DNA of 64,000 bases from Octopus sinensis. Its lineage: Eukaryota. Position numbers and translations under genes: made by a program. The notes below the pieces were generated by a model that did not search any database, was not told the DNA's origin, and worked only from the letters and a program-made list of their open reading frames with translations. Shown piece by piece: positions 53,780 through 64,000 of the stretch; the stretch's first letter is position 1; every line of letters begins with the position of its first letter. The DNA lies in contig NC_043013.1 in the NCBI RefSeq assembly GCF_006345805.1, positions 10,230,001 through 10,294,000 of the forward strand. Direction: 5' to 3'.

Positions 53780-54119
53780 ATGTATATAAATACAGACTTT
53801 CCTTCACACACACATTAGCACATACACATATACACACACAGATATATATCCACGTGTGTCCATATACATTCATGTATACATAGATACATGCTGGCGTTCA
53901 TCCACGTCAAGACGTTGACAAGTAAAACATCAAGATTTATTACCTGAATGAAACAAGGCTGCATTGAATTGAAGGTTACTTCTTATTGATTTACAATTCT
54001 AGGTCGGCAGATTAGTTCGATACGAAAGAAATCTCTACCGAATGACTTATACTAATTAATCTTCCTCTGTTCACTCTATCATGACATATAAAATATGTCT
54101 GAGCCATATTTTAACTATA

Positions 54120-54440
54120 GGGGCTGGAGTGGTTATGTGTTTAAGAAGTTTGCTTCCCAACAATATGGTTCCGGTTTTTGTCCTGCGTTACTTTGATCAA
54201 GTGTCATCTACTCTAGCCCCTGGCCCACAAAGCCTTGTCATTGGATTTGATAGACAGAAACTGAAAGGAGTCCCTCATGAATATTCATGTGTGTGTGTTT
54301 GCCCCTACCAACACTTGACAAACAGAAATAGTCTGTTTACGTGCCGATTACTTAGTGGTTCTGCATACCGGACTGACAAATCATCTACCAAGCTTAAAGA
54401 CAAAATTAATACTAGGAGTTGATTTACACCCTTCAAGAGT
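54120..54440 (+). mobile_element. Decayed gtggctgtgtggtaag-family SINE
   Basis: ggagtggttatgtgtttaagaagtttgcttcccaac, caagtgtcatctac, gacagaaactgaaag. Confidence 0.75.
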
Positions 54441-54907
54441 ACAAATAAACAATGAAATAATAAATATCGTTGAGTATCTAACATTACCAACAATATACTC
54501 AAATATATGCCAAGTAACTATCCAGGAAGTGGCAGATCGATTTGCTGGATATAAAAGCAAAATCCTTACTTAAACAAGGCTTGTACTAGCTACCTTCCTG
54601 TAAAATAAGACGCATCCTATAATGTAGTACAATCCCGGACAAGATATTAAATGATAACCACAAGGAAGGCTCGAACTCAGGAAGTCAAGAGTTTCAGAGA
54701 GTACGTAGTTACTTCTTAGTTATTACTGCAACTGTGTCCCCTCTGGCACGGAGTCGCCGGACATTTCAAGAGCTCCAATCATGCTTGAAATAATGGAATA
54801 TAGTCATTTGAATGACGCAGACAGATGTCGAATGAATGTTGATTCTTAGTCATCAGTCACACAGGCCAAGCGATTTGTGGTTGTATACTGTACTAATCCT
54901 TACAAAA

Positions 54908-55438
54908 GGCGGTGAGCTGACAGAAACGTTAACACGCTGGGCAAAATGCTAGGCGTGGCAGAATCATTAGCACGCCGGGCGAAATGCTTAGCGGTATTTC
55001 GTCTGTCTTTATGTTCTGAGTTCGAATTCCGCCGAGGTCAACTTTGCCTTTCATCCTTTCGGGGTTGATAAATAAAGTACCAGTTTCGCACTGGGGCCAA
55101 TGTAATCGACTTAATCCCTTTGTCTGTCCTTGTTTGTCCCCTCTATGTTTAGCCCCTTGTGGGCAGTAAAGAAATATATAATGTAATAATCCTTTTTGGT
55201 TATATACTGTAATAATCCTTACAAAAGGCAGCGAGCTGGCAGAAACATTACAACGCCGGGCAAAATGCTAGGCGGTGTTTCGTCTGTCTTTACGTTCTGA
55301 GTTCAAATTCCGCCGAGGTCGGCTTTGCCTTTCATCCTTTTGGGGTCGATAAATTAAATACCAGTTGCGTACTGAGGTGAATCTAATCGACTGCTTACCT
55401 CCTGTAAAAATGTTGGGCCTTGTGCCTAGAGTAGAAAA
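54908..55438 (+). mobile_element. Two tandem ggcgagctggcag-family SINEs with different tails
   Basis: 54908-55175 ends agccccttgtgggcagtaaagaaata; 55228-55438 ends gccttgtgcctagagtagaaaag. Confidence 0.9.
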
Positions 55439-56342
55439 GTATGTAAATTGGTATATCCAATAAATTAACACCGCAGTATGCGTTGGCTATATAAGTAATG
55501 TGTTCCGAGGCGAGAATGGGTTAAATGGGTGCTGACAAAAGGGCAAACTACCCCCAGCCTACGAAATATAGCATATACACTCATTACTCATTTTTGTATT
55601 CGATCTCATTGTTTCATTACATCTGACATCTCGATATGAAATGCTGTAGCAAATATTAGAGCTGGCTGTAATTTCTGTGGAATATCTTATTAAGTTAATA
55701 AACTTAACAAAATAATGTAAGAGCACTGCTAACACAGTAGAATGTGCTAATGCAGTATAACGTGCTATTGACATAAGAAAACATTTAATATACCTTATAG
55801 TATATTGTGTTTGCACAACTAAATACCGCGTACCTACAAATCATTAATATCTCACAAGATTTGGAGATTAGCAGAGTGAAATTTAAATAAGCCAGCAGAA
55901 AGACAACGGTGAACGACTACTGTGTCTTTTATAAGAACAGTCATCAATTTCGAAACTTTGATACGGAAGTCCATGTCCACAGATGTCTGCAGGAAGAGAG
56001 TGTATAGGCTCAATGACTATGCGGTAGAAAGTAAGAGGATGATTGGAAATCATTTGATCAAAGGTCTACTCAATTCGTATTGACTTGGTGCAAAACTACA
56101 GCGAAACCACCGGTAGCAATAACAATAGTAAATACAGGAGCAAGAAGGAAGTCTCTACCATTGTTCCCTCAAGAATAAATAGCATCAAGATCAAAAAGAA
56201 AGCACCATAGATTAATACAGACCTAGATACACATAAAAAAATGGAATTGACTAGAATCAGTGGTATGAGTGAGAAGAACTGACTGATTCGGGATAAGCAA
56301 GAAATACAAACTTGGAATTTACTGTCTGTAGCCTTATTCTTG

Positions 56343-56589
56343 TATTCTTTTAATTGTTTCAGTCATCTCACTACAGCCATGCTGGAGCACCGCCTTAAAC
56401 GGATTTAGTCGAATAAATCGACTCCACAACTTATCCTTCGTAAACCTAGTACTTATTCAATCGGTCCATCTTTTGCCGAATCGTTAAGTTTCAGGGCTGG
56501 AAAGGCACCGACATAAGTTGTCAAATGATGGTAGGGGGGACAAACAGTCACAAACACGCACACACATAGCTATATCCACACACATATAT

Positions 56590-56639
<50 letters not shown>

Positions 56640-56740
56640 TAGATAAAGATAGATAAAGATAGATAGATAGATACGACGGGCTTCTTTCAGTTTCCGTCTA
56701 CCCAATCCACCCACTCACAATCCTTTGATCAACCAGAAGC
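56343..56740 (-). mobile_element. gtggctgtgtggtaag-family SINE, 5'-truncated
   Basis: gccatgctggagcaccgcc and gacgggcttctttcagtttccgtctac around an internal microsatellite. Confidence 0.85.
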
Positions 56741-57003
56741 TACACAAAAATTCTATAATTATAATTATCTTCATAATTATAGAATTTTTGGTATAAGTTT
56801 ACCGATAATGGTTCTTTTAACATACAGAACAACTTGGTAAAATTATTAATTATTAATAAATTAATTAATTTTACCCATTATTATATATATATACAGCAGT
56901 AATTATATAAATGCAACACAAGGTACCGAAGGTACAGAAATGTGTTATTTTTTTTTAAGCTGCAAAACATTGCAAAAAGTGCTACTCAGAGTTTCACGTT
57001 CCC

Positions 57004-57039
<36 letters not shown>

Positions 57040-57338
57040 CAGAGAGAGGGGGGCATGAGAGGAGAGAAATATAGATGGACAGATACATAGATGCATACAA
57101 ACATATATATTATAGCTACCTGATTGTACGCAACTTACTATCTCTCTGTCTATTGTGTCTATTATATATATATATATATATAATATATATATATATATTT
57201 ATATAATATTATATATATTATATATATATATATATACTTACACACATATGTGTGTGTGTATACGTGCGTATGTATATATTTATGTATAGGTGCACAGACA
57301 TATGTATATTTTCATTACAAGTCTTCATCACACCGTAC

Positions 57339-57430
57339 CTGATCCGTTCTGTTTCTCCTGTTCCATATTCATTAATGCCGTTTAACGTCTGTTGACTTGT
57401 GTTGTTGGAATTTATTAATAGAGAAGACAT
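57339..57430 (-). other. Possible coding exon (weak)
   Basis: MSSLLINSNNTSQQTLNGINEYGTGETERI followed by CAG|GTACGG; unique sequence between microsatellites; no recognised homology. Confidence 0.2.
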
Positions 57431-57729
57431 CGACCGCAGAAATGTAATACTTGACTCATTACAACGAATAATAAATGGTCATTAACCTTAGCAAACAATA
57501 TCACACAACACACACGCACAGACACTCTCTCACACACACACACACATACACACACAGCGAGAAACGCCCACACATACGCACATTAACGCACTCACTTCCT
57601 CCAGGAACCGCAGAGTCTATCTCTTCTTAAGTGAGATATTGAATTTATCGCTCTTTCCCTATACATACATATACATTTATATATATATATATATATATAT
57701 GCATACACATATACACACACACACATATA

Positions 57730-57788
<59 letters not shown>

Positions 57789-57916
57789 TATACATATACA
57801 TATATGTATATATATGCATATACATTACATATATATATATGCATATACATATATATGCATATACGTATACATATATATATATGCATATATATATATTATA
57901 TATAACATAACATTAC

Positions 57917-57986
<70 letters not shown>

Positions 57987-59555
57987 TATATAATATATAT
58001 ATATATATACATATATATACATATATATGTGTATGTGTATTTTTGTATATGAATATGTTTACAGAAACACACACAAATATATACCTACATACATGATGGC
58101 TGCAACATACATACACACATGCACGTATGTATTTGTGTGTGTGTGTGTGTGTATACATTAGATTGGAATTACAATGCTGTGTAGTCGTGTGCTACTGATT
58201 GACAAATCAGAATTGGATTAATGAAATTCCACATAAAACAACCGACTAACGTTTCTTTTGTTTGGGCGGAACGTAAGGGGGAGACTTCCAATCACAAGTT
58301 GTATTTCGTCAAATGAAATGTCATCATTTGCATAAAACCATACACAACGTACCAGAGAGCCGAGACTTATGGCATGTAACTTGCTTTTCAACCTCTTTCT
58401 GATTAGTTAGTTTCTTCAGACTCGGCTTTGTAACGTGGCCTCTGCCAACGAACGCCTGGCGTTTTACAGACGAACTAAAGTAATAATAACAAAAAGCTAT
58501 TACACATTCTAAAACGAACGCTCTCATGGGGTCAGTGTATAATTTGATATCGGAAATTGCTCAGAAGATTTATACTGATTCAATTTCCAACGGCTGGCAT
58601 CAGGAATTCAATGTCAACGTAGCTAAATTCTTGTAAAGATGATCCATGATAAAATCACTGTCCCTGTAGTATAATTTAAGAGTTTTTCACTAACTCGTAA
58701 TTCACTTGTAATCCCAGGTATATAGATGTATTTTGCGCATTACGCACCCTCTCCTGACCAAAATTCTTTTTCCTATTCAGCTCTCCCTTTTTCTTCTCTT
58801 GTTCGCTTTATTTCCCCCCCCTCGCCATCTGTACGTCTCCTTTATCTCCCATGTTATTCATCTATCCATCAGTCTATACTCCTCCCTTCCTCTCCTTCAA
58901 CCTTTCTTTCTCCTTCTGTTTCTGTTTCTCGATGAATAAGTTTCCCTCTGTTCCAGGCTTCTGGATTATATATCTGGTCCCTCTGAGTAACTAATAGATT
59001 CGAAACTTCTAATACTGAATCTAAAATAGAAGATAAACTCTAATATATATCTAATAGTTGTGATAGTTTGCTTTCACGTGACCAAAGCATGCTACCAATA
59101 TCATTTATTGATTTAAGTGGAAAAAATTTATACACCTAAAGAAACTATTTTGGGTATAGAATTGAAATGTTGTTGCATTAGTCCAAGCATTCAATGGAAA
59201 ATCGGTTCGTCGAACAAAGATATATTAAGGCATCTTGATCTGCTGTGGTGTGTCCATTTGCAGCCAAGTCAAATAAGCCTAATTCCCCGTATGAGTTTGA
59301 CAAACCAGGTAAGAAGAAAAGTAATGAGTGTATAATCGCCAAAGACCAAGTGAAGAGTACATTACAAAATAAATTGTGTTTATAATGGAAAGCAAGGTCA
59401 GATTCGAATTAAATACCACTAAAGAATAACACAGAGTAACAAACTTTTAAATTATTAATAAAAACATTTAATTATCTATTCTTTTTTATCTTTGGTCAAT
59501 AAGTGTTATTTCCTATTTGCTTCTATCTAGAAATCAAAGGAAATGACTACTATAG

Positions 59556-59970
59556 TCGTAGGAGTGGCTGTGTGGTAAGTAGCTTGCTTACGAACCACAT
59601 GGTTCCTGGTTCAGTCCCACTGCGTGGCACCTTAGGCAAGTATCTTCTACTATATCCTCGGGCCTACCAAAGCTTGTTGACGGAAACTGAAAGAAGCCCG
59701 TCGAATATATGTATATATATATGTATGTGTGTGTATATGTTTGCGTGTCAGTGTTTGTCCCCCCAATATCGCTTGTCAACCGATGCTGGTGTGTTTAAGT
59801 CCCCGTAACTTAGCGGTTTGGCAAAAGAGACCGATAGAATAAGTACTTAAGTACTAGGCTTACAAAGAATAAGTCCTGGGGTCGATTTGCTCGACTAAAG
59901 GCGGTGCTCCAGCATGGCCACAGTCACATGACTGAAACAAGTAAAAGAATAAAAGAGAGTAAAAGAGTAA
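59556..59970 (+). mobile_element. Full-length gtggctgtgtggtaag-family SINE
   Basis: tRNA-like head (gtggctgtgtggt / ggttcagtccc), ccttaggcaagt CORE-like motif, internal TA/TG repeat, taaaagag-type tail. Confidence 0.92.
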
Positions 59971-61074
59971 TCCCTTCAAACTTTTGCTCCTTGTACATCA
60001 ATATTTTGAAACTGACCGGTTTTCTAATTTCGGACAGGTTCACCTCTCAGTTACTGAAGGAGAAATATCGTTATAGCAAATATTCTGGTCAATACCACAG
60101 ATTTGGTTGTCACTTGCTTGACCTTAACCACACGAGTATATCATTTACACAAGTGACAATATGTGCATCTCTAGGTATATTGTGGGAGCATCATAGCAAT
60201 CTGTTGAGAGAGATTCTTTGAGGTTTTAATAAATATCGTAAAAAATCAAAGTTTGAAGAAAATATTAGCTATTTTCCAAACTCTCTTGGAGTAAGCAAAT
60301 AGGAAGTAACAGTTGCTACCCAAGGTCACAATTCGTGTTATACACTGTAATGAATAATATAAGATCAGGTCTAGTTGGAAGTATTTCAATTAGAAGGCCC
60401 GTGGAAATTTATCTTCGTAATAAAGTCAAACACCTTTAACTGCAATAAACTTTGTTTTCGCTGACCTTGTTTTTCTATAGTCCTAGTTCAAGGTTCATTA
60501 TGTATGTGTATGGATCAAACGCATACTAAGCGTGATTTCCTCGTATTTTTGTATATGTTTCTAGTTTGAGATGGTGACGTTCGGTATTTTCCATCCCTGC
60601 GTAAAAATTGTGATGCAACCGTCTTTACGAATATGAGACAAAAATTGTTAATCATAATAATGAGATTGAAGAAATGGTTGTTAGTTTAGCAGGTTGCACA
60701 AAACAACCTATGAAACTAGTAGAAACAATGTGAAGAGCGTCTAAGGGATCACTTGTTCTGCTTGAAATAGTAATAATATTTTCCTTAAGTAACTAGCGTT
60801 TCAATTAACATATTACATTAGACAATATGGATGGTCGCAGCTGGAAAGCCTTTTGCTATTTTTACACTCTGCTTATTCAGACCTATTGTTAAAAAAACAA
60901 CAATAGCAACTTCAATAAACCAGACTTATGTAAATGTACTCCTTTTATCGATCAGTAGAGAATAGAAAAGAAAATGAAACTAGATTGGTCTTAGGGCTGA
61001 GATAGAGTCTTAATGAAAAGTCTACTATCTTTGGGAAACAATGGATTTGAAACCATTATTACTATTTAAGCTAC

Positions 61075-62150
61075 GCAAGGCGGCAGATTGGCAGAATCGT
61101 TAACACGCTGAGCAAAATGCTTAGAGACACTTCGTCCATCTTTACGCTCTGAGTTCAAATTCCAAGTGGTCAATTTTGCCTTTCATTTTTCGGGGTCAAT
61201 AAAATAAGTAACAGTTGATCAGTGGGTGGCGATGCAATCGACTAGCCCTCTCCTTCCCTATTTCATGTTATGTGACTGTATTAGAACTGATTATTAACAT
61301 TTAATCTTTTAGGAAACGAGTAGTTAGAATGGTGAGCACGCCGAACGAAATGCATAAGGGCGTTTCAACCATCTTTAATTTCTGAATTAAAATTCGGCCT
61401 TTGATCCTTTTGTGTTCCATAAAATAAGAAACTCTGAAGCTCACAGGTCGATGGGATTGATTAATCCTACCCTCCCAAAATCTCAGACCTTGATCAAGTT
61501 TCACTGTGAATCAAGACTATTTTAGGCTTTTAGAAGTCGGCGAGCTGGCAGAATCGTTAGCACGCCGGGCGAAACGCTTTGTGGTATTTCGTCCGTCGCT
61601 GCGTTCTGAGTTCAAATTACGCTGAGGTCGACTTCGCCTTTCATCCTTTCGGGGTCCATTAAATAAGTACCAGTTACGCACTGGGGTCGATATAATCGAC
61701 TTAATCCGTTTGTCTATCCTTGTTTGTCCTCTCTGTGTTTAGCCCCTTGTGGGTAGTAAAGAAATAGGTATTTCGCCAGCCGCTACGCTCTGAGTTCAAG
61801 TTTCGCCGAGATCGACTTTGCTTATCATCCTTTCGGGGTCGATGAAATAAGTACCAGTTACGGACTTGGGTCGATATAATCGATTGGCTTTCTTCCTCCA
61901 AAATTTCCAAGACCTTGTACCTAGAGTAGAAATAAATATTTTACGCTTTTAGGTAACGAACTAGAAGAATGGTTAGCATGTCGGATAAAATACTTAGAGA
62001 TATTCTTTCCGGCACTTTACGTTGAGCTGAAATTCAGACGAGGGCCACTTTATCTTTCGTCTTTCAAGGGAGATAATATAAGCACCAGCTATATACCGAA
62101 ATCGATATAATCGTCTTGCACCTTTGCTGGCCTTGTGCCAATATTAGAAA
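61075..62150 (+). mobile_element. Cluster of at least four same-orientation ggcgagctggcag-family SINEs
   Basis: Heads at ~61079, ~61312, 61539, ~61952; the 61539 unit is composite. Confidence 0.85.
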
Positions 62151-62702
62151 AAAATTCTAAGAACAAACTTTAGCCGTTGTGAGTTCGGTATGTTTTTTTT
62201 AATTTAATCTATTTATATCTTTCCTCACTTCCTCAGCATTGAAAATAAACAAAATGGATGTCAGAAATATTTTAAACCCGATTCCATCAATTTACACCGT
62301 CTTCACCTTAATCAAGTTATTTGTCTAATACGGAAAAGAAAATAAAGAAAAATATTCTAGACAAATTATAATTGACCGTACGCACGCCAAGAGTGCACAG
62401 ATGGTCAGGTCAGTGGAGGTCAAAGATAACCGGCCAACAATGCATAGGTTCGTATGCTGCATTCGGTACCGCATTATTTATGTGGCTAGGACACTCAACG
62501 TTAAATTTACATGCTTATATAGATCTAAGAAGATACACCACGGTAGCTGCATACTTTACCGATCTGGGAAGGCAGCGTTTTATCAATATTAGTAACGCAT
62601 ACGGCGGTGAACAGATAAATTCGTTTGCACTTTGGAGAAAATGCCTAGTGCATTTCTTTCGGTTGTTGTTGTAGCTTATTATTATTATTATTATTATTAT
62701 TA

Positions 62703-62741
<39 letters not shown>

Positions 62742-62769
62742 CATTATTATTATTGTTATCATTATTATT

Positions 62770-63205
62770 AACCTTGTGAAGGAATTAGAGATTTACCCAA
62801 AATTTTTACACAAAATCTCGAAAGAAAGATAGATAGATAAGTATAAGAAAATAGAGAAATACACCTTAATCATTAATCAACTACCAGATAATACCCATTC
62901 ACATAATTTATTAACCAACTACATATGATCAACAAATAAGGGTGAGAAAATTGAATACTAATTTAATAGTACATCCATTTAACACCAAGTGGCTTAGTGC
63001 ATAAAAACCCGGAATACGATAAATTTTATACATAAATATAAGAGAGTAACCACTATGTGGTCGACTCTAGTACTAAAAATAGATCCTCTGTTCGTTTGCG
63101 CTAGTAGTCGTGGTAAATTTCATCGGAAGCAATTATTTGTGGCTGATACCTAGCGGATCTATTTTTAGTGCTAGAGTCGACCACATAGTGGTTACTCTCT
63201 TATAT
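62770..63205. mobile_element. AT-rich repeat with 51-bp inverted arms, probably PLE-derived
   Basis: Arms 63036-63086/63155-63205 ending at (TA)n. Confidence 0.55.
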
Positions 63206-63244
63206 ATATTATATATAATATATATATATATATTATATATATAC

Positions 63245-63432
63245 ATTCAAAATGTGACCGGTGTGTACCGTTGGCGAGTTTTTTCCTCAGTCTTCCCTTC
63301 TCTGGATCTTTCCTATCCTATGTTCCGACGAAGGCTCCGCTCGAAACGTTGAACTTTCATGAGCGTCAATAATACTATATTTATTCCACGACCTCGCGTT
63401 GTTGTGTGCTTTTTTGTGTTCTTGTTTGGATA

Positions 63433-63438
<6 letters not shown>
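63245..63438 (+). mobile_element. PLE-like terminal-repeat fragment with hammerhead variant (63321-63354)
   Basis: tgtt-CCGACGA-aggctccgctc-GAAA-cg-TT-gaac; homologous to 3570-3780; (TA)n on both sides. Confidence 0.7.
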
Positions 63439-63482
<44 letters not shown>

Positions 63483-64000
63483 CTATTATATATATATATA
63501 TATTATATTATGTGTGGGTGTGGTGTGTGTGTGTGTGTGGGTGTGTATATATGTGGTGTGTATATATATATTATATATATATATATATGTGTGTGTGTAT
63601 ATATATACATATATAATATATGTGTGGTTATATATATATATGCATACGACTTATTTCATACATGCGCACATCGTACACATACACGTACACACGTGACTTC
63701 TTGTCTCTTCAGTACAGTGACATTCAAATGATATTGTTTATGATCCCTTTTCTTCCTTCTTTCCTTCTTTTTTCCTTCCTTTCTTTATTATTGTTGTTGT
63801 TGCTGCTGCTGCTCTTCATCATTTTCGTCGATGTTGTCGTTGTAGTCGTCGTGGCCCGTTGTCGTTGCCTTTTAATTCAGCTACTGTCATCCGGGTATTG
63901 TGGCCTTGCGTGTATAATGTATATGCATGTGTGCATTTTTATATAAGCAGCCGTTGTGTGTGTGATTATGTGTGTGCGAATGTCTGTGTGTGACCCGTCT

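Noticed and set aside
55850-56320. LINE endonuclease relic (NGERLL)
   Set aside because: Only one short motif.
62372-62670. 100-aa ORF, possibly a decayed Tx1 endonuclease
   Set aside because: Resemblance too faint without a profile search.
63087-63154. CCGATGA core in the loop of the 63036-63205 hairpin
   Set aside because: GAAA and helices incomplete.

Overview
AT-rich animal genomic DNA, intronic or intergenic. The SINE and microsatellite landscape looks like an octopus/coleoid cephalopod (inference). No confident host protein-coding gene; nearly all ORF-track hits are translated microsatellites. The window is a mosaic of microsatellites, three tRNA-like SINE groups, R4/Dong-type RLE LINE fragments, an RTE LINE, Tx1-like LINEs, Penelope-like elements (PLEs) with inverted repeats, Tc1/mariner relics and non-autonomous Helitrons. 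Highlights: (1) about a dozen minimal type I hammerhead-ribozyme folds, mostly in PLE-like repeats next to (TA)n, whose core 3-8 pair covaries as C-G, U-A and G-C within this window; (2) apparent partitioning of microsatellite targets among retroelements (Dong-like in TAA and TACA, Tx1-like in TATC, PLE and a mini-RTE end in TA); (3) a SINE subtype sharing its 3' tail with the Tx1-like LINE and sitting in or beside related SINEs. All calls are by eye, without searches or folding software.
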